DNA of 64,000 bases. Origin: the human T2T-CHM13v2.0 reference genome, Homo sapiens. The stretch lies in NCBI RefSeq assembly GCF_009914755.1, contig NC_060936.1; one strand, given 5' to 3'. A program made the translations under genes and the position numbers. Of this stretch, positions 26,713 to 40,223 are shown in pieces. The notes under the pieces are model-generated. The model did no database searches and was not told the origin of the DNA. It saw only the letters and a list, made by a program, of their open reading frames with translations. Within the stretch, counting starts at the first letter, position 1, and every line of letters begins with the position of its first letter.

Positions 26713-28679
26713 CTGAAGCAGAGAAAAATTGAGTATGTATAGAGTGAATCTGGTGAATAAAGATTTCTGAGCATATTTTCAGTTTTATTATAGTTCACGA
26801 AGTGAGCAAGAAAAAATTGTGTCTGCATCAATGTAGTGAAGGAGTTTCTCATCTCCAAAGCCTATCTGTATTGATATCAGAAAAGGGTAGGGGTGCAAAA
26901 TGACAGCAGCTAGCCTGCCCTTTCACCTTCCTAACAGTGCTGGTGGCAGCAACGAAGCTTAATCAATGCAATGGGAGTGACATTTTGCAGTCAAATCAAA
27001 TTAAATGGAAATGAAAGGAAAATCTGAGGTCCAACCTAAAGGCTGTCTCTCTTACCACTGAGGTCATCTCCATGGCAACTAAATGCTACAAATGTGTAGA
27101 GTAAATCCTTAACAAATCTGCAGAAAGCATGTCCAATTGAATATGATAGTGTCTGTCACTGTATTTTGTAGCTTTCTAAAAGCTTACACTAGAAGTAACA
27201 AAAAGGACTTCAGCCAGCAAGTAAGCAGAACAGCACACTTAATCTGACCACTACTAAACGACAGAGATGCTCAACTTCTGAAAGAATAAACTTGAAGTAA
27301 GTGAGCAACTTAAAGACAGACCCAGTTAAGTGGATTAGGTTCAAACTACAATGTTTTCCAGAATTGTTTTTACTTGGACTTACTCAGTTTAGAAATCTCC
27401 CAGGTCCCTGTAAAAGCATTTTCACATCATGAGGAATAATTTGTATGGGATTACATCAGACCATTCCATTATCTTCTCTCGAGCACTCCCTCGGAGATGC
27501 ATTTCCCCCTCTTTTTGACGGTGTGTTAAGAGCAGATGGATTTTAGGGTTGTAAGAATGCAGCACTGTAGTGGTAAAAAACAAGAAAGCAGCAGTGGTAA
27601 CAGCTCCTTTGTGGTAGTTTCCTCCACAGAGACTCTTCCAGAAAAAACCTGAACTCATCCCTGTAATGTTCCCACTTATATGACTGTACCATATGATCAG
27701 TCCAAACTGACTTTGGTAACTTAGAATTGGTTTGCTCTTGCAGACCATATTTTGTTGGATAAAGCAAATTCATATCACCAAATATACTTCCCCTATAACT
27801 GAATAACCAATAGATTCTTGCTGTCCCCAAACAGCATAAATTGTCACATATTTATGTATGTTTGGCCTGAGATTTGGTTGCCCTCTACTAAGTGACAACA
27901 CATTTACAGAAGGAACAATAAAGATGAAATTCTATGTATGCTGAGTTTTCGCATTGATACATACTGAATTTGTTGTATAAGCTGTTCAACAAGAAACATT
28001 ATTTTGTAGGAGGATTTATTGTACTGTTTGACATGTTCCAAGCTGGTCATTTAATTAAGTCAGAAAAGTGGCCACTACGATTCTAGTTTTGAACACAGTG
28101 AATTTGGATGTTGCTAGTGATGCTGTTACTGTGCAATATGAAAGATACCAGTGGATCTACACCTTAGACAAGAGAAATGGGAGGATGACAATTGATATGA
28201 AGTGATGGTTTTTGCCCAAATGAATAAAACCATGGGTCATCATGTCATTGTATATTATATTCTATCTCTGTTAAAATAGCAATACACACTAATGAATTAA
28301 CTTCTTAGAAGAAATACCTGCTTTCTGAATGGAGGTAAAAACAGCAACATTGTTACCTGAAGATAACAATAGTCCTTTACCATATACAGGCCACATATTA
28401 TTATCTTTTTTAAGTAGCACTAGTTTACTTTGTCTTGGGTATTATGTCTAGTAATTTTTCAAACTTTATGTAATAATAGTAATAAAACCTAACCTTCATT
28501 GAACACTTACTCTGGCAGTTATGATAGCCAAGTAAAATAAAAACCTGTTGTTTTTTGAGACATCTTTCTCTTGAATAGCTTCAATGCTTTAAAGTTTATA
28601 ATAACTACAAATCAATTTTGTTTCATATTATCATCTCTATAAAATTATACTTCAGTTTAATATAATGGCGTATTCCCTG

Positions 28680-29240
28680 GTCTTAGAGACTCTAACCCAG
28701 CTCAGTTATTAATTAATAGCACTTTGGGTTACATCATTTACCTCCGTCTTCCCAATATTCTCCACCGCAAACTGAAGCTAATTCTACTGGCCATTCTTAC
28801 CGCACAGGATTATCTGAGGATGCAGTGATACAATGTACAATCATGCATCACTAACAACAGGGATGCATTCTGAGAAAGGCATCATTAGGAAATTTCATCC
28901 TTGTGTGAATATCACAGTGTACTTACACAAACCTAGATGATATAGTCTCTTACATACCTAAGCTATATGGCACAGCCTATTACTCCCAGTCTATAAACCT
29001 GTACAGCCTGTTACTGTACTGAATACTGTAGGCAATTGCAACACAATGGCAGGTGTGTATGTAAACATAAATGAACATAGAAAAGGTACAGTAAAAATAT
29101 AGTATTATAATCTTATGGGACCACCATCCTATATATGCAGTCTTTCCTTGAAGAAAACGTCATTATGCAGTATATGGCTGTATATGGAAGAGCTCTGGAA
29201 AGTCTCCAACAATATTCATGATATTATTGTCATGTTATTA
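28680..29240 (+). mobile_element. MIR interrupted by Tigger3a
   Basis: actttgggttacatcatttacctcc...acaggattatctgagg before the insertion; MIR-like tail after it. Confidence 0.5.
28838..29180. mobile_element. Tigger3a (MER7A)-like MITE
   Basis: caatcatgc...cattctgagaaa...tacttacacaaacctagatg...tgttactgtactgaatactgtaggcaattg...atggctg, flanked by TA on both sides. Confidence 0.9.
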
Positions 29241-29727
29241 TATTGAAAAGATTTATTGTTACTCTTTCAGGCAAACTATTTTTGTAATGTCAAGAACAGA
29301 GCTAAAGACTCACATTTAAATTCTGATAATATAGTAAGCCTAGGCTAATAGGAAAACTTCAGTTTTCCTACCTCTGCTTCTATAATCCCTAGTAAAAACT
29401 AATCTCTTTTGCCAATTCTGTGTATAAAATTTGATTAAAAATATAATGACGTAAATGAACACCCTGCAATTTGCTTTTCTAAAATCCTTACTTGATATCA
29501 GGTTATTTCCTTAGGATGTGCTTCTACTCCTAAAGAGTCAAATGTTAGAAGAGAAGAAAATAGTGTTATTTACATTTATGAATGCTGAATTCAGATAAAT
29601 TTTAATTGTACTAGACTTTGTTGGTAATTTAAATGAGACAATGTATCAAACAGGACTCTCCCCACCTCCTACTTAGAGTGGTTTTCTCCTCTGACTACTG
29701 CATTATACATTTCAAGCCTCATTTGTT

Positions 29728-30019
29728 GGTGGGGTGCAGTGGCTCCTGCCGGTAATCCTAGCACTTTGGGAGGCCAAGGCAGAAGGACTGCTTGAACCCA
29801 GGAGTTTGAGACCAGCCTGGGTAACACAGTGAGACTCTGTCTCTACAAAAAAATTTAAAAATTAGCTGGGCATGGTGGTGCATTCTGTAGTCCAGCTACT
29901 CAGGCAGGAGGCTCACTTGAGCCCAGGATGTGAGGCTGCAGTGAGCCATGATCATGCCACTTCACTCCAGCCTGGGTGACATAGTGAGACCTTGTTTCAA
30001 AAAAAAAGAAAAAAAAAAA
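29728..30019 (+). mobile_element. AluJ SINE
   Basis: gcttgaacccaggagtttgagacc and gaggctgcagtgagccatgatc; degenerate TSD aagcctcatttgtt / aagcttatctgtt. Confidence 0.92.
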
Positions 30020-31077
30020 GCTTATCTGTTTTCCCTTTAAAATTTTTGCCCTAACTTTATAGAAAGCAACATTTGGGGCAATTGAAGGTATTTTATTAAT
30101 TACAGAGTCTAAGTTTCAGAATTTCAATTGCTACTCTCTACGTACAGCTAAGTTCGAAAGCAAAGACAGGAAGACCTGCCTTGGATGCTCACAAATCACA
30201 CACTATCAAGGAAACAGAATGACAAGACCTAAAAGTTACTATGTTGTATTTACTTTGGAAATTGCCATTATAACTGAAATACAGTTTGACAGCCCAGTTT
30301 TAAATTTCTAAACGCTTACAGATTTTATCTAACTAATAAACCTGTGGCTTCATAAACCCACAAAGCTCCCGTGATACTATCTTATTTGAAAAGGGGGTGA
30401 GCTTGCCAGGTGTAAGGAAGCAGATGCGATCTACGGATTGGTGAACGGCAAAATGCCTATCTATTTTCAGAGATTATAGGGAGAGCACTGGTGCCATTGG
30501 TTAAGATAGCAAATTGATTTCTTCAATAAACTAGTGCTCTCATTCACTCGCCACAATTTTCTAAAATTGCCCTTTTGATCTGAAGCTTCCAATCCTGGTC
30601 AGACGTAATTTTTTATTTTGGAACACTGACATCTATACTCTTGAGCTATCTTTTCCTTACATGACCAGAAACACAAACCTTTCTCTCCTCATTCACTCCA
30701 CTGAAATTGAAGACTTCTCTTTGAATTGGCTTCCATGTTTATTGGCTTTATTTAGCAAAATAAACAAAATTTTTAACAACTAATCTAAAATTTCCTAAGT
30801 TTAAAACTTCGCTGACAAATAGGGGTTACCTACTGAGCGGTCGTGTATTAATTAGGGACTACTCTAGATAGGATGTTTAAATTTTTAGCTTCCCTCTGAT
30901 GGAATTTGGAATCTGTACCCTGGGAAATAATGGAAAATTAGTATTTGCAAAAATATACCTAAGTATGTGTGTTTATGTATGTTTATATGATGTGTGCATG
31001 TAAGTATGTGTACACTCACCTACACACACACAAACACTGATATTCAGTGTTTTGAAATGTGAAGCTTGTGTTTGTAG

Positions 31078-31430
<353 letters not shown>

Positions 31431-31442
31431 TTGAGAGTTAAT

Positions 31443-32070
31443 GTTTTTTGAGAAGTTACTATGTGCACGCACTCTTCTAATCACTTTACATGTATTAATA
31501 AAAATCCTATGAGACAGAAACTAATAGTAGCCCCACTTTCCAGATGAGGAAACTCAGGTATAAAGAGTTTAAATCATTTGTCCAAGCCCTACAGTTATTA
31601 CATAGTAAGAAGGGCTAGTAATGTAGGCACTTTCAAAGGAAACCATGTTAACATGATCACTGTAATAAGGAGTATGGAAAAGCTCCTTTTCTGACTTTCT
31701 AGTTGAGTAGGCATTTAGGTTGTAGAACTCCACCAACAAGTCCAGGATAGCTGCAGAAGCAGCAGTAATGATAGTGATGCTGAGAGAATGGATGGTGATA
31801 GTGCTCATCGGGATGATGACAGAGATGATGACAATGATGTTATCTACCATTGAGTACCATGTGCCAGTAATTGTGTGAAGGGCTTTATCTCTCATTTCAT
31901 GTTACACAACTCTGTGAGGCAGGTACTACCTTCATCTTTCTCTCACGGATGGGAAAACTGAAGTTCAGATGAACTGAACAGCTGACCCAAAACCACACAA
32001 CTAATAAATGACATAGAGAGAATTAAACACAAACTCTCCAACTGCAGTACTATCATTCCTAATCGTTACA
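31443..32070 (-). mobile_element. Two MIR elements separated by GAT-rich low-complexity sequence
   Basis: Cores cagatgaggaaactcagg...gagtttaaatcatttgtccaag and ggatgggaaaactgaagttcag. Confidence 0.7.
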
Positions 32071-32974
32071 ATGTTTTGCCTTCAAATTAATCATAATAGC
32101 GAACATTTACTGAGCGTTTATTACATTGTTCCAAGTGCCTTTACACATTATTTTCTCAACTACAACTATGAAGTAAGTTGTATTATATGCAATTTAAGAG
32201 ATGCATTTATTCATTCAATCAGCCATTTTATTAAGCAGTCCAGGTTCTGTTTTGGATGCTGAAAATTGAAGAGTGAGGAAAAACAGACTTTGTTCTTGCT
32301 TTCGTAGTGCTTGCAAACAAATGAGAAACTGAAGTCAGAGGGGGAGTGGTCACCTGAGAAAGTCACAAAGCAGGTAACGGACACATATGAGACCTGGATA
32401 CAGGCAGCCTGCAAATTTTGTATCTTTTCATCACATCTGTATGACAGTCTCAGAAGTGAAGGAAAACCTAGGCAAACAATTCAACTGCAAAGTGAAATTA
32501 TATTAGTCAGGGGCCAAATGAATTTAGAATACAGATCAATGTGGTAAATGGCACTCAAACTTCTGGTAAAAACAGGTAGTTGTTGACGGCAAATCATTCA
32601 TGGTCCACCATCCCAACCCCACAGAGGCTCCAGAGGGCTTTCGGGAGAACCTGCAATATCTAACACTATTGCAGACACGAGGGCTGTCACAGCACTTCCC
32701 CATAGATGGGAAACACTCCCTTACATTACTTTCTACCACCTTCGTCTACTAATAATACTATGATTTATAGTAACATTTACACTAATAATACTACCCTAAT
32801 TATCCCACACTGCAGGAAAGGGTTTTTTAAGACTTAAATCTTTTTCCATCTTTTCCATACCTTGAGAGGGTAGAAGAAAAAAATAAGAAAGAGAAAGAGG
32901 GAGAGAGGAAAAGAGGGAGAATGAAGAATATGGTCAGTAATGAACAGATCTGAGAAAGCCCTCAGTACTCCAAC

Positions 32975-33200
32975 ATTCCTCCTCCTCATCTTCTTTTCTT
33001 CCTCTTCCTTCTTCCTTCTTTCTTCTTCTTTTCTTTCTTTTTTTTTTTAAGAGACAGAATCTTGCTGTATAGCCCAGGCTGCTGGAGTGCAGTGGCACAG
33101 TTATAGCTCATAACAGCTTTGAACTCCTGGACTCAAGTGTTCCTCCCACCTCAGCCTCTCAAAGTGCTGGGATTATAGACACGAGCCACTGCACTTGGCC
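32975..33200 (-). mobile_element. FLAM (Alu monomer) with expanded CT-rich tail
   Basis: gagacagaatcttgctg...aactcctggactcaagtg...gagccactgcacttggcc, preceded by (CTT/CCT)n and poly-T. Confidence 0.85.
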
Positions 33201-33984
33201 CCAGAATTCTGTAAATAAACGTTTTGGAACTACCCTTCCCACTTGAAATTCTCATTAATTATAAGTCATCTTGGTCCTCCATGGATATTGGCACAGACAC
33301 AGGTTTGTAGAACACATACTAGTTAGTTTCTATTTAGGGGTCCAGACAGCCTCGAGGTAGCCCACTAGTTGGCATGGAGTAGAAGTAGACGCTGTGGCCC
33401 AATATGGCCAGATGTTTCCCAAACCAAACATTATGCATTAGATCCTTTCCTGTTGCAACAAATAGCAGGCAGTTAATTCACCCCCAAGACAAGCTCCCAT
33501 TCTAGCTAGACATCATGATTACCCATGACATTTTTCAAAAAACAGTTTGTGGGCTCCTACACCAAACCTATGAAATCAAATGTTTGAGAATGGACTCCAA
33601 GAAATTTATAATTTTTAAAGCTCCCCAGGTAATCTGATGCATAATCAGATGGAATCTCTGCTCTGGAGTAAGTGACAGTGCTGGTTTTCCCACAAGCCAA
33701 AAGAAAATGCATCTCATCTTTAAAGAGCACCAAAACAATTCAGTCCATTTTTAAATGCATTCTGTTTCCTAAAACCACCAGAAAAGTCTTACTTTCTCCA
33801 CTTAATTCTCTCATATGTAATTTAAATGCATTCCCTTTCTTTATCTGTCTCCTCAGCAAAGATAAAGAGCTGGCCTTCACTCTCTACTGAAGAAATATAC
33901 ACAGGTACATTTAAGGTCTGACAGTAAATCATATCCTAACCTGAAACTCCAAAAGCAAAAGTATTAATACCATCAGATACTTCC

Positions 33985-34930
33985 ATTCATTTATTTGCTC
34001 ATTCATTCAACAAGCATTTCTTAAGCACCAGCTCTGTGTCGATCCCTGTGAGAGCCAGGAGGTATTTGGTGAGAAACATATTAGCCCAATATTTGAGCAG
34101 TTCATAACTTAATGAGAAAGAGAGACAGAAACCAATGAATGCAATTCAGTGCACGTTACAATGGAGCTACACACAGCGTGCAATGGGAAATGACTTCCTG
34201 GAAAATATGTTGCTTAAGGTGAATCTTAAAGAAAAATAGGAGTTAGTCAGGCCAAGAAAGGAGGAAGGAAACTGTGGGCAGACAACAAAATGTTTGCAAA
34301 TGCATGGAAGCAGAGAAAAAAAAATTGGTACGTGCAGGAACCACAAATAATGCATCCTTTATGGAAAAGTTTTGTTGTGGCAGGAAAGGGAAAAGACAAG
34401 CTTAGGATCAGATCATAATGGTCTCTTACACCACATAGGGGTGTTTAGATTTTTTCCCGGATATGATGGAGAGCCACTGAACAATTTTAATTGGAAGAGA
34501 TATATGGTCAGATTTATATTTTGGAAAAGTCTCACCAACAGAGTGTCCAAGTTTGTCCTGGGGGGTGGATAAACTGCCTGCTATTTGGAGCAACATGAAG
34601 GGACCTAGTGTATAACGTTCAGTTTTGAAAATGTCTGGCCATATGAGGCAACAGCATCTGCTTTTACTCCATGCCAACTAGTGGGCTACTTCATGGCTGT
34701 CTGGACCCCTAAGTAGAAACTAACTAGTCTGTGTTCTACAAATCTCTGTCTATGCCAATATCCTTGGAGGACCAAGATAACATAATTAGAATTTCAAGTG
34801 GAAATGGGCAACGCTGTAGGCAAAGGACACTGGAGTAACTGAGATCATAACAACTGGGAGATGAGGAAGCAGATTTTACTGGTGTTTAAGAGCTTGAGTT
34901 GTCAGGACTTGGTGACTGATTAGATGGAGC
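33985..34930 (-). mobile_element. L2 fragments (with an unidentified internal segment near 34550-34790)
   Basis: cattcattcaacaagcatttcttaagcacc L2 3' end; ggagagccactgaacaattttaa...atatggtcagattt. Confidence 0.7.
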
Positions 34931-34999
34931 GGGTGAAAGGCACAAAACATCATGGGCCTTCCAGGGTTCTGGAACGAGGTAGGGAGTGTACTGGATTTC

Positions 35000-35240
35000 A
35001 GCATGGGCTCCATGCCAGGTTGCTTGGAATCAAAGCCTCGTTCTGCCACTTTCTTGATATGTTAATTTGGATAAGTTATTTAATCTCTCTGGGTATCTGC
35101 TTCCTTATCTGTAAAATGGGGATGTAACAGTGGTGTACCTGCCTTGTAAGGTCATTGGAGAATTAAATTAGTTCATGTACAGCATGTAAAGTATATAGAA
35201 CAGTGCTCAGAGCATAATAAATACTATGGTAGTGCTAGGT
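35000..35240 (+). mobile_element. MIR
   Basis: ggataagttatttaatctctctggg...cttccttatctgtaaaatggggat. Confidence 0.85.
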
Positions 35241-35670
35241 TTTATAGATGTGACTATCTACTGGGATTCATTGATTTCCTAGGCTTGGCCCCAAATACTG
35301 GAAATGTATAAGATTGATCCCAGACCTCAGAAAATTCAGCACTTTCCCACATGCACTCAGGTTAGAGGGGTTTAGTCAAACACCGCCCCACAAAGCAATT
35401 CTTGAGGTAAACTTTCCCATTCCCATTCTTACTGTTTTTATTCTTGTATGTCTAGTCTCACGGTGCTTAAATTTTTTACTATATGTCTGTGGTCTCTGAT
35501 TTGTAGCATTAAATGTTTTATGTTTAAATATTCATATTTCTTTTCCCATGTTTCCATTATTTTCTAATCTTCAAGGAGTCTAATGATGTTTTTTAAAAAA
35601 AGAAATACTATTTTTACATCAACAGTCACCATGCCTGGCCTATTTCCATCTTAACTTTTGTAATCTAAAC

Positions 35671-36160
35671 CAGCAGTATCCAACCTTTTTGGCACCAGCG
35701 ACAGGTTTCATGGAAGACAATGTTTCCACAGACCAGGGTGGAAGGATGGTTTGAGGATGATTCAAGAGCATTACAATTATGGCGCACTTTATTTCCACTA
35801 TTATCACATTGTAATATATAATGAAATAATTATACAACTAGCCATAATGTGGAATCAGTGGGAGCTCTGATCTTGTTTTTCTGCAACTAGGCGGTCCCAT
35901 CTGGGTGTGATGGGAGATACTGACGGATCATCAGGCATTAGATTCTCATAAGGAATGTGCAACCTAGATCCCTCACATACACAGTTTACAGTAGGGTCCA
36001 GGTTCCTATGAGACTCTAACGTCACAGCTGATCTGACAGGAGGTGGAGCTCAGATGGTAATGCAAGCGATGGGGAGCGGCTTGCTCACCCACCACTCACC
36101 TCCTGCTGCGTGGCCAAGTTCCTAACAGACCACGGACCAGTACCAGGTGTTGGGGACCTG
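35671..36160. mobile_element. MER1A (hAT-Charlie) element
   Basis: cagcagtatccaacctttttggcacc...ggtgttggggacctg; perfect 8-bp TSD ATCTAAAC at 35663-35670 and 36161-36168. Confidence 0.93.
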
Positions 36161-37149
36161 ATCTAAACTTTCCTTCTTTTCCTCTGCCTTGGTTCCTGAT
36201 TCATATTTTAGGGTTCTCCATTTGGCTGCTCCTTTTTCTACAGCTCTTTATTTACGGGTTGGGTTTCTCTCCCTTTTGTATCTATGTTCTATATTCACGA
36301 CTTCCTAATACTTTTATTTAACTCATGCCTTTAGATATTCCATTGTACAAAAACAGAGAGAACCACTTTCTATGACGCCCCAGGCTAGCTCATTATGATA
36401 ACGTTAAAACAAAACAAAAATCCCCAGATATGTGCAACTTATGAGTAGATATCTATTCTCTGTGGAATGAAGAAATCTGGTTTTATTTTGTAAAGCTCAC
36501 TTTGTGGGTGCTCGAAAAACTATACTAAGCTTTAAATTACCATACTGGGTATCCACAGGGGAGGATGAATGCTGCATACCAAAAACCCTTTCCTCCACTA
36601 AGCTTACTGATTACAATTGGAGTTTCCTCAAATGAGCTTGTTTGATAATTTGTCTCATTACTACTGAAAAGGAAATGAAAATCAAGGACTTGAGGGCTGG
36701 AAGCGGTAAGCAAATATGATCAAAGGTTATATTGTATGAGATGTTGGTTTCATGAAAAACAAAAAAAGAAAGACCAGTGTCATATCAAGTAATGTATATA
36801 TATTATAAACTTTTAAACTATTAATTAAGCTAGTGCATGCTAATATTACAAGCCATAGAAAGTAACTGTACGTGAATAATCTTAAAGCATCAAGTACAGA
36901 TGTCTTTAAATGCAAACCAAAGTACAGATGATGTAGAAAACCAACCCTGAGTGCCATTTATTACTTTCCTACTAATTCTAGGTTTAGAATGTACTTTGAA
37001 TTTGATTGCCCAATTACCCACATCTATATTATATCATCTCGAAGCATCATTACGACATCAGCCTCAATCTTGTGGGAAGGACCATAAACAAAGGCCAGTT
37101 GGCTAAAGATAGATCATTACTGACACATCCACAATAAGGGAGGTAACTA

Positions 37150-37290
37150 GGAGTAATGAGTATAATCAAGAGAAGTAAATTTAGGCTAAATACCAAGAAA
37201 GAATGTTCAACGGTGAGGACAGATTAAGGCAGGAACCTTCCAAGATAAGTGATAAAGATCACGGAAACACTTAAATCCATGATGAACAGC
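37150..37290 (+). mobile_element. L3/CR1 fragment
   Basis: aaatttaggctaaataccaagaaagaatgttcaacggtgagg resembles the CR1 3' region. Confidence 0.5.
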
Positions 37291-37474
37291 TTTTCATTCA
37301 TAAGGGTGTTTGATCAAGGATTCCAAACAGTGAGAGAACTAGAAAGGGGCTGGGGGGTGGGCAGGGAAACACTCTCATTTTCATTTGGGAAAATTAGACA
37401 ACTAGTGTGACTGCGATTTCCTTACAAAACAAGAAATGTGCTTTCCAAATCAGTCCCTTACAATGAGTATTAGG

Positions 37475-37745
37475 AAACAGTGTTGTGGAAAGTACTTGGA
37501 CTCAGAATATTCTGTGTTCAAATCTCACTCCCATTATTTACCAGGTGAGTAAACTTTAGCAAGATAGCTAACCTTTCCAAACCTCAGTTTCCTCAACTGA
37601 AAAATGAGTATAGGAAAGTCTGGCTTGCAGGGTTACTATGAAGTTTAAACATGGTAACATATAAATGAATCCAAGGGTTAATCATCAAGCACAGAATACT
37701 GCCTGGAATACCGTAAATATTTAATAAATGGTAGCGATTGTTATT
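37475..37745 (+). mobile_element. MIR, near full length
   Basis: gttcaaatctcactcc...aacctcagtttcctcaactgaaaaatgag...taataaatggtagcgattgttattatt. Confidence 0.85.
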
Positions 37746-40002
37746 ATTAGATTTTAACTTTAACTTTCATGAAGCATTTTGATCCATTACCATTCACAAA
37801 TAAGATAATATTTTTCTTCAAAATAATCAGTAAGTCTCATTGCTGCTTTGCGGATTATCATGCTTTTAAATCCAAAAATTTTCCAGACATCTTGCAAAGT
37901 GAGGTTAAGATAGTTGCTATTTTAGGCATTAATTCATAAAGTTTCTACACATCCTTAGAGTTGGGTTATTTGCCTCCTCACACTCTTGTATCCCCTTCTT
38001 TCCTTTTAAATATAAAGAATAAATTATGAATTTTAAACTTTAGTTAACCAGAATGTTAAAGAACTGGGATGTTCTGGTAAATCATATTCTAATTTAATTT
38101 TTCTAACCACCTAAGTAGAAATTTATTTTTGTCTAAATACTCAATATAAAAAACATGTTAACACATGCTATTAGGACTTTCTGCATTGGAAGTCACATAT
38201 CATGAATGTAATCTAACCTTTCTGTAAAGATGACAGTGCCCCATCACCATTATCCTGAGCATTAATTATCATTGTAAAATACTGTAGATGATAAAGATGT
38301 ATGAGATTAAGTTACCTCATACTGACCCATTCTCTTGAAGTTGTTTTAAATTAAATAAATACCTAGAATCTACTTGTGTCTTCTAAATGTTAAATGAGGA
38401 TGGGGGAGGAGCAGGGGCTGATAATTTAAGATGTTTCTAAAGGTCTGGTAGGTTGACAACTTAATAAAAAAGAAATGTTAGGTGTGTTACTAATGGAGCA
38501 AGTAAGCATACTTTGTACTCCAACTTATAAAATCATAAATGAACCAATTAAATGAAAATGGTGTAGCTTTCACACATCAGTTACGTTATCAAAAAAGTTT
38601 TTCAATAAGTTTATGCACTTTTAATCAGCAACAGCCTTAGTCAGTTGAAAAAAAAAAAAGAACTCTGATGCATTCAGAGCCTATAGATCTAAACCAGACA
38701 AAACAAAGCCTCATAAATGTGTTTGTTCATTAATTTTTAAAAAGCCAGACTTTGAGTTGTTATCATGTCAACTGGCACCAAACCATACTCAATTTAGTGC
38801 AACTACAAAGTGGAACCCATAGTCTACAATGGCAGCGTTTTTGATCACACTAATTAACAACCATTTTGTTTAAAATAAACAGATATGAGTCTAATTGCCT
38901 TTTTTACATAAGAAAGGGAAGATCTTAAAAGTAAAAACATGCACAAGAAAGATCAGACAAATGCCACTCAGACAGATAAGCAAAGTGTGTGTGAAAGGAA
39001 CCCAGAGGAAGTCTGGGTTCTCACTGGGATTGACAGCCCAATGGAGCAAAGGGAATTAGTGGCTCAGAAAGGTTAAAGGGAATCCAGAGGTGCAAGACCT
39101 GTAACTACCTATCCTTTCATCTTTTCCCCTCACAAGGGGATTGTACCTCAGTGTGTAATGTGATAGGCAGTAGCAGGCCTGATACTCCTAATTAGGAGAG
39201 AACCTCTTATTACAGACAAATCATTCCTTCCACCTTAGCATGCATTGCCAGAAGAGGATGTTCAAAGATAAAACTGTGGACTGGTTCTCTAAGTCCCAGA
39301 TGCTTTACTTCAATTTTGTGAACAAAGAATGAGCCCCTAGATCACTGGCCTGTGTTTTCTAAGGTCCCCAAATGGTTAACATAAGTTGAATTGTACTTGG
39401 GTCCATAGACTCTATTTTGATTTAAAAACCAACAGCTAACTGTGTGCATGCTGAATTTTTCATCTTTCTAGCCTGTAAAATCAATTCCTGAGGACACTCA
39501 GAGAAGCCTTCAGTTGCCAGAGCTATCAATAAGAACATTATCAGACATACTACCTTATGTTAATTAACAAATAATATGCTAACTAATATGCTATACATAT
39601 ACTGTATGTTATCTAGGATGTAAAGTAAGCCATGAACTACATAAACATAATTTTAAAACAATACCTATTGTGTTACCTGTGGTGATCTATTTTAATGTAT
39701 AGCCAATATAATCAGCTTGTCACTCATTCTGCAGTACAAAATATCAACAATCTATGAAATAATAATTTAAAAATCATTTATCTGATTTTAACCTCTACAA
39801 ATAATTTTTCCCCTTTGGTTATTTGTAGTACATTGACTACTCAAAAACATTACTCTTTGTATTAATCTTTATATCCCCTGTTCCTAGAGTAGTACCAAGC
39901 AGAGAGAGAGCTTTCCAAAGTGTCTGAGGGAGTCCGTTTTAAAACTAAGCAAATATGATCAGCATAAATTTTTATCTACACTCATAAGCTTGAAGCTGAA
40001 AC

Positions 40003-40223
40003 CAACGCTGTACTGGTAAATGTTTAGCAATCAACTCTCTCCAAGAGGAAAAAAAAAAGCTCTCATATGTAGTGTTTGCAAATTTCATGGTGAGATGCCC
40101 AAGATGGCAGATTTCAAGCTACCCTGCCCCCATGAAGTCACTGAACAGAGTTGGGAGGAGATGTGGGCAAGTGGCTCACGGGAGCGGGTGCAAGCCCACA
40201 GAAGCCAGCTCTCATGCCACTTG
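40003..40223. mobile_element. ORSL-like hAT-Tip100 MITE
   Basis: ctggtaaatgtttagcaa...gatttcaagctacc...ggctcacgggagcggg...agccagctc. Confidence 0.7.

Noticed and set aside
27422-27830. Overlapping 108-aa and 95-aa minus-strand ORFs as a processed pseudogene or endogenous viral element
   Set aside because: No recognisable homology, poly-A tail or TSD.
31032-31052. Perfect hairpin aaacactga-tat-tcagtgttt
   Set aside because: Single 9-bp stem in low-complexity TG/CA context; plausible by chance.
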